A DNA stretch of 62,068 nt, the filler included, from Basidiobolus ranarum (lineage: Eukaryota), in NCBI GenBank assembly GCA_040143965.1. It is 15 parts of 15 records of this genome, joined end to end, with 100 filler letters (N's around TTAATTAATTAA, not from the genome) between each part and the next. Parts side by side here need not be neighbours in the genome. Positions count along the whole stretch, not along the records: positions 37,360 to 41,398 come from JASJQH010002144.1; positions 41,499 to 45,537 come from JASJQH010002145.1; positions 45,638 to 49,673 come from JASJQH010002146.1; positions 49,774 to 53,806 come from JASJQH010002147.1; 11 more parts are not named here. One strand, given 5' to 3'. The notes under the pieces are model-generated. The model was not told where the DNA came from. It saw only the letters and a list, made by a program, of their open reading frames with translations, and searched no databases. This document shows positions 37,522 through 50,029 of this stretch, piece after piece. The position numbers were made by a program, and so were the translations under genes. Within the stretch, counting starts at the first letter, position 1. Each line of letters begins with the position of its first letter.

Positions 37522-37981
37522 TATACATATCATAGTTACGAAGGTCACCCTTGTTTACATTTATTAGAAAATCCATCACACATCGCATTTCCATGTTCTT
37601 ATTTATAACGATTATATTTGGAGAGTTTGTCCATCCAAGGCCAACTCTTTCGATACCCATTCTAAATAATCCATCATCCATTTAATCTCCACCTCCTCAA
37701 CCGCGTTAATATTATGTGAATTTAATGTTTAGTGAGCAAATGTTACATTAAATTTACAACTGTGTTGAGTATCCATTTCATTGACCTCTTATCCAACAGT
37801 GGAGACAAAGAATCCATCCGAGAGTCTCGATAGAAATTAATGGGTTTATTGGCATTTATCGATAAATGGTATAAGATCAAGAATGACTTGAGCCCTTTGA
37901 CAATAGGCTATGTAAAAGTGAGATTAAGAGATAGAGGATACGCTTGGTAAAGTATAAATCTATGAGAGGTTCGAATAAACC

Positions 37982-38287
37982 TTAACGAAGACGTCTAGCT
38001 TCACGCTCAGACTCCATGAGTACTAGGATGTCATTTTCACGAACAGGTCCTTTGACATTACGAATGATAGAACGGGAGGTGTCATCCATGAACTCTACAC
38101 GGACCTGGGTTACTCCACCACGGGAGCCTGTACGGCCGAGGACTTTAATGACTTTGGCGTGTTTGACAGGTGCTTGTTTTTCCTAAATAAACATAGTGGG
38201 TAAACAGACAACTCAAAATGAAGACTAATCTGGGTAGTACATATTGACTGCTCTCTACGTGGAAAATTAATAAAGGTACTTTACCAT
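37982..38287 (-). CDS. RPS28: 40S ribosomal protein S28 (ATG-only first exon, 102-bp intron)
   Basis: [23 protein letters not shown]...[34 protein letters not shown] at 38287. Confidence 0.95.
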
Positions 38288-38386
38288 CACGAAGTTAGGT
38301 AGAACAATCGGTGGTCAAAGGAGAAAGCCCACAAAATCCCGCTGGAATAAAAGCTTTATTATTCTTCACTTTGATCTCGAATGAGT

Positions 38387-38404
38387 CCTAACCCTAATCC
38401 TAAC
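38387..38404. promoter_or_regulatory. Telomere-like (Tbf1/telo-box) motif in RPS28 promoter
   Basis: CCTAACCCTAATCCTAAC 100 bp upstream of RPS28 ATG; second ACCCTAAC near 38535. Confidence 0.5.
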
Positions 38405-38768
38405 TCTCCCCTATTCCTAAATCTTTCATCAATGTGGTTAGGTTGTGATTAAATTCGAGATACTTTAGCAACTAAAAGAACAAATTAATCAAAATCCTTT
38501 ATGAAAAATCCAAATATAATTCCTCCTTTGTGCCACCCTAACTTTAGCGACAAGTAAGTGATTTGATTGGAAAATACCCATCAACAAACAAGGCCAACCT
38601 TATTATTTGGTCTTGTAGATTGAATTTAATTCGATGGTCGTGAACTGTAAACAAAAAACAATAGTCTCAAACTTACAACGTTTAATCTTTTGGCGTTTAG
38701 CGTAGCTTATTTTCCAGTCCACAGAAAGCCCACTCGTATCTTTTCCTTTCTTCGCCACGGATTACACT

Positions 38769-41398
38769 ATGGCCTGTATTATTGGCAATGTCAATGTACT
38801 GGTGCAATTACATCATACTTCCACTACAAATGAACCCGCGAAAGTCGGTGAAGTCCTCACTTGTAGTGAAAACAACAAATATCTGGTCTTAACTCTCGAG
38901 AAAGGTGCATATTTATTTGGGTTCTATGTTTTGTGTACTTCCTTCTAATGCTTCTTTTAAACCATACAGAAGGTGCTTATGGCCCCCCTGAAACGTAAGT
39001 TCCACTGTTAGATCTTCCTTGTCTTTGTTACTTCTGCTTACACTTACTTTAGACGAAGACTATATTTCGATCGTTGCTACAATTCTCAAAAAGTGGATGT
39101 ATTCAACGACAGTAGATTAGAAGAGAATATTCAGTTTTCAATAAGCGGTAAGTGTACTTGAGCAGATACCTATATTAACTTTCAATTAACGCGTCATTTT
39201 CGGTGTGATTTTTAGGTGGCAATTCAGTGGTGTTTAATTTGGGAGTTGGGTTAGTTTTTTGTTTCTTCGAGCAGGTTGTTTTCATAAGTTCTTTAAACTA
39301 ACAATGGTTGGTTGGTTATTAGTATGGGTAAACACACTACTTATGATAGGTAAATTTCCATATTCTTAAAACTGCTTCTATAAGACCACCACTAATCCAA
39401 TTTGAACCGACTTTAGAATGAAAGTGCTGGCACCTTTCATGGAAACTCTGAAGAGACAGGATCTCATGGATCAAAAGAATATGACCATATCATACGCGTA
39501 AGTAAATCATTGCAATTCCCAAATGAATCCGGTTCTTTGTTTCTTATGACGTTCACTTCAATGAACTTAGATATTTGGGTGTCACAGATAGCAAGTGTGT
39601 AGATCTACAAACCGAACGTTCTGTCACTGGTAATTTGTTGAATTTAATAAGTGAGACCAACATTCCACAACTTATTAACAAGGTTATCTAATTTCTAGCG
39701 GATCTTTTGAACCATGGGGTTGACCCTTTCCTCTCCAAGATTCAATCTTTCGACGAAATTCAAGAGAGACTTGATCAAGGTAAAGTGCTCGCTTCTTTGT
39801 TATTCCACTGAAGATATTGAGTATTAACAATCAAATAATCCAGGATGTACACTGCCTTTTGTACTTGCCATTCGATTTGAAACCTCCGGTGCTGAACCCA
39901 CTTCTGGTACATTCTATCTGGTTAGTAGGCAGCATATTGCTTGATTTTCTCTTGACAGGGAGTAACCGTTCTTGATGTGTAGGTTGATATGGGAGTGCCT
40001 CGTTACATTCCTCTAGATTCGATTATGACTAAAGAAACACCTATCAATTCGGCCATTAGCGGCGTTTCCAAATCTTTTTACTTAATGAGTAAGTGCAAGC
40101 AATATCCACCGAAGTTATTCATTGATATTGACATCAGAAACTTGTAGGAAAAATTACCACTCAATTGACCACTGGGTCTTTTGTAGGCCCTCTGCCTTAC
40201 GATGATACATATTTCACTTTACTCACCTCAGGTAAGAGTTAACCATTTATTGAATTCATTATTCGCAATATTGGTATTCATTTATTTCCATAGACTTCTT
40301 CTCTGGAAACTGTAAGAGCTTGTTCGTCTTTAATGTGGAGGTAAAGTAACAGTAATAGCTTCGAATCCAAGAATATCATTTACTCATTCATTTTCAATGA
40401 ATTCTCCCCCACTCAGACCAATGAAAAGCATCTCCATCGGGAAACTTTAGAATTGTTGGAGTTTGCAGAAATTCTAAGGAAAATGAAATTACGTGAGGTA
40501 ATGAAGTTATGTTCATGAATTGACCACTTCTTGGATTTATTAAACTGAAATCATTTTTAGAAAATCAATAAGATCGATCGAAGAGTGATTCAACATGAAA
40601 GAAGATCCAAGCAATATAAAGTGGAATTAAAGAAAATTCAGGTAGGTCCATTGATGTAGAACCGTCCCAGCTGGCAATTGAGCATTTATTCATTCTTATC
40701 ATTTAGGTTGAATATGAGGCGCAATTCGGAATTCTACGTCAACAAGAGACATTGCTTCAAGAATCTCAAGATAGAAATGATGCTCTGGAAATGCAAATTC
40801 AGAAGTTAACTCAAGATTGTGTCAATATGGAAGAGGAATACGAAGAGGTAAACGATTTGGTTGATTGATGACTGAGGTTCTACTTACTAACTCCTCCACC
40901 TATCTTAGCTGAAAGCCAATGAAAGTATGTTGAAAATGGATGCAAAATTAAGTTCAACCATGATGTCTACGGAGCTTGTGACCTTGAAAGAAGATATACG
41001 TAGAGTTAAAGTGAATTTATGTAAGTCTCGCATATAAATATCTACTCTCCCTCACATCTTTGTACCCTTGATTAACGGTTGTACTGTAGCTCTCGTCACG
41101 GATGAACGTGATAATTTGATGATGAAGTGCTCTGATTTCGAATTGAAACTCGCAGTGTTACAGGTGATTATTAGAAGCAAAACATTATTTATTAAGTGGA
41201 ATGGATATCTTACTTTACTTGGATTTCTAGGACTCTCTCGATGAAAAATCCGCAGATTATGAGGACTGTCACAGATCTCTCAAAGCGTCAGAGTTAAAGC
41301 AAGAATCCACTGAAGAAATACTTCGTACCCTTCGAAGCACCTACAATGAACTTAAAGAGACTCATAATCAGATATTGGAGAAACTTACATTAGAAACT
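38769..41398 (+). CDS. Kinesin-fold protein with degenerate catalytic motifs plus C-terminal coiled coil (>=17 introns), 3' end beyond contig
   Basis: Spliced translation: GNVNVLVQL, LYFDRCY, SGGNSVVFNLGVGMGKHT, ISYAYLGV..KCVDL, GTFYLVDMG, SKSFYLMRKITTQL, LPYDDTYFTLLTSDFFSGNCKSLFVFNV, RETLELLEFAEILRKMK; all GT-AG junctions keep frame. Confidence 0.8.
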
Positions 41399-41498
41399 NN
41401 NNNNNNNNNNNNNNNNNNNNNNNNNNNNNNNNNNNNNNNNNNTTAATTAATTAANNNNNNNNNNNNNNNNNNNNNNNNNNNNNNNNNNNNNNNNNNNN

Positions 41499-44376
41499 GA
41501 GAACTGTTCTACCTCAGTTCGTTCCATTAATGTTCGATTGGGCTCGGAGGCAGTTGGTTCAGAGTACACATGGAATATGCTACCCGCGATATATAGCTAG
41601 GTGGGAGCAAATGTTGAAGTGAAATGCGTCAATCATCTTGCATTATCAAATATGCCTATTTATGAGGGTACATACTTTGGGTTTGGCCAGTTTCTCTCTC
41701 GAAATCTTCTTGCGATGTTCCATCAAGAAATCGAATCTTTTCTTCCACTTCTCTGAATCGTCTTTGTTACCTGCCAGTCCAGATAATCCCTTCATTATGT
41801 AGATACAGAGTTTCAGTTCTAGTTTGATTCTCAAAAGTTACTTAATAGCTCTTACCCCAAATGCTAGTAGTTCTTCTAGATGACTGTCCGAAGATTCTGC
41901 TGCACATAATACCATAGCCTTGAAATCCATCATACTTCCATAACTGAGTCGACAAATAATGTCACTCTCGTTGACATAAGAGTGAATCACATTTTCATAT
42001 TTCTTGGCCAGATCCAATGAGACCGATGGCCCTGGTCCATAAGCGTAGCACTGGATCTTAAAGTTTGCAGTGCTGGCCTCTCGTATCTGATCCAAATAAT
42101 CCATCACCATCATAGTAAGAACACTAGCAGTGCTTCCTCCCAAAGAATGTCCAACGATGTACAAAGCAGATACCTTGTGCTCAGATATATGCGCCAACAA
42201 TTGAGGGATAATCTCTGCCATAAAGAATTGCGCAGAGGATTTCATTCCGGAATGGACTACTCCACCCTTCCAAGGTTGATATTCGCAAACCAAATCTGTG
42301 AGAGTATCCTGTGCGCTCTACAGAGGTTCATAGTTATGGAGAGGCCTCAATTTAGTTGAAGCAAAATTAAATGGGTAGAATGTGAGCTTACCATGGTTCC
42401 ACGAATACTCAGTACAATGGAGTTGGTGCCTCTATCTAACGCAATAAAGTAACTAGGTTGAAAGACCTGCCCTTTGAGAAACTCGAATCCAAGTAGATCG
42501 TCTTGAGGAAGTCCCAAAAATTCTCGGATACTTAAGGCATCCGACCCTTTACGAATAACACCTAACCATTATGTTGAAATCAGTAAGAGATCCAATTGTT
42601 GAGTGAAGATATCGAAATGATTAAATAATTTCGGGGCGGAATACCTGCTACGAGGTTGCTCCCTTTCCCAAAGAAATGTAACCCTCGCCATCCCTAAATT
42701 GAATTTAAAACAATTGAGTTATTCGCACGACGATGAATGGCATTCGATGTATATTTACATAAGCAGCCATTGCATATTTATAGAAATGTGTGGGATATTC
42801 TATCTCCTCCAAGTTTTGAATGTATTGACCTGTTTTAACACTATTTGCGTGGTTATATGAGGATATATTAGTCGGTACTTTCGAGCTGCGATATCAATGG
42901 AAGTTGAACATACTCAGCTACGGTGCCATAGAATTTTTCCAGGATCAACAGGCCTGCAAGGATTTCAACATTTGATGCGACCAAGCCTTGTCCCTGAACA
43001 GCAAATAAAGCACACACATGTATATAACCAGTAAGTTATCTTCAAGCTCAATAGTTTCTATGAATAGAACGTGAACTTACGAAAGCTGCAGATAACTTGC
43101 TGATCCCCCGAAGCACCTGTAATGTTTGATCTGAAATAATGTACTTGCTTAAACTAGAAAGAAACGAAGTAGTAGATTGTCCAGACTTGTCCTCATCTGG
43201 ACTATCCAAACTGAACAAGTATTCCTCTTTATCGAGTACACTTCTTTTACTGGCCTCCTCTTCAATTTTGCGAAATCCATGATATGAATTATCTTCTTCC
43301 ATAGCCGATTCAAGGCGACTTTTGAAGATGTTTTGAATACTTTTATCTAGTTCTTCACTCTCCGCTTTCATATTTGCATCGTGGGCCTCCTTCTCTATAC
43401 CTTGGAATCGATAATTTATCCGTACTTGAATTGCACCTCGGTTAACTGAATCCGTATTCCAAGCGTTGAGTGATGTTATGTTACTTGGAGAGAATCGCTT
43501 ATCCCATAACTCAAAATAACTAAACACAGAGTTCAAATTTGTACTCAATATTTGATCAGCATTACCAAAGATACTATACACTTCACTATTACCTATTGAA
43601 ACATTCAGGCATTCCCTCTAATTGCGTAAGTGGAATCTCCGCTCTTCCAATATGCTTATCGGGAAATATAACGTTGGATTCATATAAATCTAACTGTATG
43701 CAGGTTAGAGTTAGTTAGAAATAGGTTGCACTTCTTAGTGGGCAGTCTCTTACTTGACATATACCGAACAATTGCGAATGATATGAAACCACAAATTCGA
43801 AACCTTCATTCCAATACCCTTCCGATAACTCAGATACTGAGGTTTGAAATATTTGATCTGAATAAGAGAAACGAATAAAGAGTTAGTTGAGAGAAATGAA
43901 TCAAAAATAACAAGTTTAGGTAGCTAAATAAAGCAATCACCTCCTAATAGAATCCGAACGTAAGGCCGTCGGACTGGTTGATTCACTGCAACCTTTATCA
44001 CTCTGACCTATCAAAAGTAAATGAATAATTAAGTCACTGAAATTAACTGAACAGGTCGGAACTTCTCTTTCGTTTATTTTCTACCCGAAAATAAACGTCA
44101 CAAGAAGGTCGCCCAATATGGCCAACGTAGCTGCCGATTAGTAATTTTTGTCCTTACTTGCAATTTACCCTCTGGTACTTTCCAGAGGTTATTTTCTGGA
44201 ACGATGTTGGCATTAATGGAGGAAAGTTGGGTCGTTGGACAAGGATTTTTAAGGAGTTCAGAGCTAGTGGAAGAGGAACGAGTGAGTGTTCGAGATAATG
44301 AGGCTTCCTTTAATGTTGCATCCTCTTTGTTCTCTATTTGCGCGTCTTTTTCAATTTCAGAACTACTTCGAGACAT
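41499..44376 (-). CDS. C2-domain plus class-3 lipase (DAG-lipase-like), multi-exon, 3' end beyond contig
   Basis: C2: PYVRILLG..FQTSV..WNEGFEF..LDLYE..DKHIGRAEIPL; lipase: LSIRGT, VHSGM, VGHSLGG, VNESDIICRLS. Confidence 0.85.
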
Positions 44377-45358
44377 ATTTGGAGAATCTGCTTATCAAAA
44401 ATTATCGAAAATAAAGTGTATATATAAAAACGAGTCAAGAGGAAAGAAGAGACCTAGTGGTTTACAATAAGATATGCAACCGCCTAACAATCTATAGGAG
44501 ATGAGATAATGAAGTGTAAATCCTAAACTAATAATATATAGCCCCATAAATACTGTATAAATTTAAATTGGTAATATATGGATGACGAGAGTGATGACTG
44601 CGGCAAATCCATTGGCTTCCGAGATCTGGCTCTTTGTTTCATGGTTATATGCAGATATTCTGTATGCTTATTCATTACAATGTCAGCAATCGATATGTCA
44701 AGATACATATATGACCATGAGAGTGACTGAAGATGATGTTACGGATCTTCAGGGTTACCTTTGTTGATCGGGTAGGCAAACATGTGGAGCAAAGCTATGA
44801 ACCTAGTATTTTTGAGCGTACTGCCATAGATCTGTTACTAATACAAATTCGAAATATAGCTAATATACAATTGCTGAGCATGCTATTTGGTCCCTGGGCT
44901 GCTTTGTTCACTGATAGCCAATATTTTGCAAAAGGTGGTATATAGAGTACATAGTTCGATTTAGCAGCTTTGGTGGCTGAATTCTTCTCTAAACCAAGCA
45001 CAACTTGTTGAAAGTGTTTTGGGGCTTTAAAAGTACTTTTACATGCACTGAAACTGTGAACTAGACTCCAAACATCTATTGAACTGAATAAATCATATAT
45101 ATAGCTTACTATGAAATAGGACTGTTGGAATTGTTTAGATCATAGCAAACCTGCCTGTAGAGCAAAAGTGAATATTGGCAAAAGTGATCTTGATGATGTT
45201 TCCATTGATTAGAGAACTACCCACATATTTATGAATATTGGGATTGAGTGAAAAATAATCTAATCATAAGTACACCAACCACCAAATATTGCTTTGCTAT
45301 TTTCCAAATTTCTGCTCAACTTGGCTGAAATCATCATTCAAATCTTTCACAAACAGAA

Positions 45359-45537
45359 TGTTGAAATTAGCATTGCCTAAACACCTATATAGTCATATAT
45401 AGCTTAGTACTTAGTTATCTTGTAATTCACTAAGATATTATCAATTATTCTCATAAGGAATTTACTTAGAATATTTTTACCAACTTAGAAGTTCTCAGAT
45501 ATATAGATTTTTCAAACTTGTGCTAGAAGCCCCAAAC
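45359..45537 (+). mobile_element. Family-1 LTR, truncated by contig end
   Basis: TGTTGAAATTAGCATTGCCTAAACACC, close match to 11055 LTR. Confidence 0.88.
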
Positions 45538-45637
45538 NNNNNNNNNNNNNNNNNNNNNNNNNNNNNNNNNNNNNNNNNNNNTTAATTAATTAANNNNNNN
45601 NNNNNNNNNNNNNNNNNNNNNNNNNNNNNNNNNNNNN

Positions 45638-47524
45638 TGATCTGACATGGGGCTGTTCTTGAGGTACCGCAGGTAATGGCGATCTAATATGAGGCTCCAT
45701 ATGGGGGACTGGAGGCAGAGATACCCTAACATTACGTTGTTCTTGAGGAGCTGGGGGGAGTGGTGCTTTAACATGAGACTCCATTTGAGGGACTGGAGGG
45801 AGTGGTGATCTTACATGAGGCTCCATATGAGGGACTGGTGGTAAAGATGATCTAACATTACGTTGCTCTTGAGCAGCCGGGGGTGGCGGTGAGCTAACAT
45901 GAGAATCTTCTTGAGGGACTGGAGGGAGTGGTGACCTAGCATGAGGTGGAGATGAAGGCAGCGTAGGTGGTAGACCAGAAGGGATTGGTGGTAAAGGAGT
46001 TCTGACATGGGGAACTTTAGGGGAAGTAGGCTGAGCAGTTTCTAGGGATGGCTCAGCAATGGCTTGCTCAGGTGGTGAAGTAGCAGTAGAACTCTCTTCT
46101 TTTGGAACTGCAGGTACATTCTTTTTTGGTAATGTAGGAAACTTAGGGATTGGAATTTTAGGAATTGGTGGTCTGAAGCCACCAAATACTGATCTTCGCT
46201 TGGTCGGTGAAGGACTACGCGATTCTTCGATACTTTGTCGACCAGCTAAAAGAGCTGTTAAATGATATCTATTTTATGAGGGCTAACGAAAAAAAAACTT
46301 ACTAGATGAGTCGGTAGACACTCTGGGAAGATCAGGCTTCTCAGGCACATGTGTCTCGGAGGATAAAGTGGAAGAGGACTTGTTGGCTGCCGGCTCTTCT
46401 TTGCGTTCAGCTTGTGGAGTTGGCGGAGTAGGTGGAAGAGGAATATTTTTTTTAGGTGAAATAATAGGAGCTTCATTCGCAGCCTTTGTTAAAAAATATC
46501 AATGAGTATTTTGCTGTTTCAAAGATGAAAATAAATTATTTTAAATAAAATTACCTCTACTACAGGAGCTTGATGCTCTTGGATTTCCTGAGAATGACGG
46601 TTTGCTTTTCTTAGAGAAGGCATACCACCTGCAAAAAGACTTCCGATTCCTCCTTGTTTAACTCCATATGCAGCTAATCTGAAACCTTTACAATCGGATT
46701 AGATACCTTGAATACCATTCAAATGCTTGCTTCAAATCATACCTTTTTGCTTTGGCTGAGCTTCCTCTACTTCAGATTCAGGGGAGTTGCCTTCGATCCG
46801 TTTAACGAACTAGTAATTCGATAAATGTGAGAAACACTTAACCACTGAAATTAACAACAGTACGAGATACAAACATTAGCAGGGAAGAGTCCGATACGAC
46901 CATTGAGATCACCCTTGTACCATCCATCAACCTCTTCCAAGATAGTTACAATTGCCCCTTTCTCTAAAGATAATTCGTCTGAGGCCTGAGCCTCGTAATC
47001 ATGTTGAACCTCGGCCAACGAGTTAGTTTTGGGTACCACAGAACTAGCTTTGGGTGTCACAGGCTCAACCTGCTCATGGGACTCTACGTTTGATTGAATA
47101 TTCAGAGGCTCAGGAGATTGAGGAGGCTGCGGCATTTGTTGAGGTTTGGAAGGAGATTCAACTGAGGTTTGTTCTATTTCGTGGGCCTCTGTAGAAGTAA
47201 CAAACTAAGAAGTTGAAAATATAAATATCTAAACGTATATACATATTAGATGAAAACATCTACAATAAAAACTCACATTTGACGGAAACCAGCCACTTTG
47301 TTGGGTAGTTAGATTCTTACCAACCCACCAAGTATCATATTCCTTGCTAGTTACTTCAACAGCATCTCCAACGTTAAGTTTTAATTCATCTTCACGTTGT
47401 GGTTCATACACATGATGACATTTTGCGTAAGAGACTAAGTTTAAAAAAGTCAGCAATAAGCATCAAGCAACGAGTATACTAGTAAATATTAGCTGTTTCT
47501 GAGACTCAACATACTTTCGGACAT
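45638..47524 (-). CDS. Tandem-SH3 adaptor with proline-rich 14-aa repeats, 3' end beyond contig
   Basis: SH3-1 YEPQREDELKL..WWVG..GWFPSN; SH3-2 DYEAQASDELSL..GWYKG..GLFPAN; HVRSPLPPVPQMEP repeats. Confidence 0.85.
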
Positions 47525-49508
47525 GGTGAACACACTCGCCAATATATGGTTTTGAACTTATAGGTGAGTTAAGAGAAAAGTGTGTCGTTTAGTGAGCTAA
47601 TAGAAATAAGGAAATAAATGTAGGAATATACGAGTAATGTTAGAAGAGAGGGGCTTTGACTATTTGGAAATAATGTATTCGAATGTGAAAACTATACGAG
47701 AACTGTCACGTAAGACAATTGATTGGTAAATAAGTATCGTTGTTCAATGTGATCATCCCCCTCGACCCTTGTCAATGATTATGACCTTTAAATAACATCA
47801 TTACATCACTTCTGGCGATTTCCATCAGCATGAGAAAGCAACTATCCTCAATGAGTTTAGTACAATATTATACTAGTTTAGCATAATATCTTGATTAGTT
47901 AAACAAAACAATAAGCGCCGGCTAAACATGAAATCATACAACTACCGGAGATGGCGTTCAAAATTCTTAGAATCTATGCCATCGACGCAGACTATCTGTG
48001 GAGTAAATAGATTCATCTCGAAAGCCTGTATCTAGCCTTATGGGATCTAGTTTCCTACTATATCTTCCAAAAAGTCATTTTAGAGTGAGAAACCCATAAT
48101 AATAACCAAGTACCACTTACATTACTGATTAGTATATTAGAGTTGGCTTTACGGTCTGGACTCTGCATTTGTTTCTAAAAAGATAGTGCCAGGAAATTAG
48201 CGTGTGGCTGCTAGTGTAAATAAAAACCCGTATTTGATTTGACGAGGGACAAGTAGAACACCCACACTTGGTGTACTAGCCTTCTCATCAACAATAACAT
48301 ATGCTTAATTCCAGTAGTTTTAATGGCGTAATTACGAATCCGAACTAACCCTTTCAAAATTGTTAAATTTTTGAATTACCTAATGATTTGATGTACCCAG
48401 CTCAATGGGTAGTTGCTACTTTCTACAACATTAGAACTAGTTAGAAACGCTGTGACATCGCTTATCTATTCAAATACAAGCGAACGGTGGGCCGAATTGG
48501 CAAATGCATCTACTCCCAAATATCAACCGACTTATTCAAACTACTCTCTTATATAAGTCACTGACCTATAATTAAACTATTTCAATCTTACTTACATGTT
48601 GTCGGTCTCTGTCATGTATTTAGCACAACTACACCCTCTGAGTCAATAGAAACTACAGACAAATACTGCAGATATGGGTTAGGAAACTTAGTAGAGGTTC
48701 TAAGGTCATTTACAGAATATTACGCATCAGAGAATACAACACCTAAGTTAAGGCTAACATTAAGTGTAATCCATTGTATCTCTCTCCAATATGCCATCTA
48801 TTCCAACTCCATTCAGGTCGCTGATGGTATCGTTCGCAAGATCCAAACTAACTGAATACATTAGAGACCCTGAATATAGTTCGTTACATTCAATTATTAT
48901 CCACATTACTTAAATAGCTCGCAACAAATTAACTATACCTATTTATTATTGGTTAAGGTTAGTTTCAGTCGCCCAGGATTTATATTCAAGGCGTGAATCT
49001 AAAACCATTGTAAGCTATCAATTGCCCGTTATTCATTACGAAAATTAAATTAAATAAAAAAGAATTCCATTTCCCTCACATTACCACCAAATATTCCAAA
49101 ATCTAAGTTACGGAGTGCAGGTTAAAGTGAAACCTACTTGTACTACATCAGAGAGATGGATATTGAGACTATAGAATCAAAGTAACATACCAAATAATTG
49201 AAGTTGTACAAGAAGAACTCCATTCTTTTCATCTTACAACAACCTGCACGGATAGAGAGCAGGTTTTTCCTTAAGTATAAGAGTGAAGTAACCGGTAAAA
49301 TATTAAAACCTAGGGGTGTAGCACAACACTAAGTAAAGAATCCAAAATAAACTTGAATGCAACAATATTGAAATTAAACCTCTCGTGCCAACATCGTACA
49401 ACATTGGATATATAATTAAGGTATGACACATAAGATGGCTAGAGTTCGCCAAAGCAATATAAAGCTTAGAGTTTACACGAAGAATCAAAACATATTCATT
49501 ATCCAACG

Positions 49509-49673
49509 ATGTATTTCTCCAAAGCTGTGCTTATCTCCATCGCTGTCTTTCTCCAAGCTACGGTCATCCAAGCTCACATCTCCAAAGATGACCGATGCGG
49601 TATAATCAAGGGAAAGAAGATCATTTGCCCAAGTGGTGAATGCTGCTCTACCTATGGATGGTATGTAGATATT
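49509..49673 (+). CDS. Secreted protein with hevein-like chitin-binding (CBM18) module, 5' fragment
   Basis: Signal peptide then ISKDDRCG...CPSGECCSTYGW|GTATGT. Confidence 0.85.
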
Positions 49674-50029
49674 NNNNNNNNNNNNNNNNNNNNNNNNNNN
49701 NNNNNNNNNNNNNNNNNTTAATTAATTAANNNNNNNNNNNNNNNNNNNNNNNNNNNNNNNNNNNNNNNNNNNNCTCTCCGAGTTGGATATTGTTCGAATA
49801 TTGTTCGCTTACTCATTTCTCGAAATTCTGTGTATTGATTTGTTCCTCAATTTATATTTGTACACCTGGGTAATTTGCCAACTGCTATCCTTCTTTTACT
49901 AGAGTAATTCCGGTTGTTATATAACATTAGAGTGGACTGGTTTTCATCTTCGTTTTGCTTTCTTTCTTAATTTCGCGTGTATAATAATTTTCTCAACTCA
50001 ATTGTTTGAGCTACATAGTCTTTGACATT

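Noticed and set aside
38387-38404. True telomere or interstitial telomere array
   Set aside because: Only 2-3 imperfect units, located within a promoter
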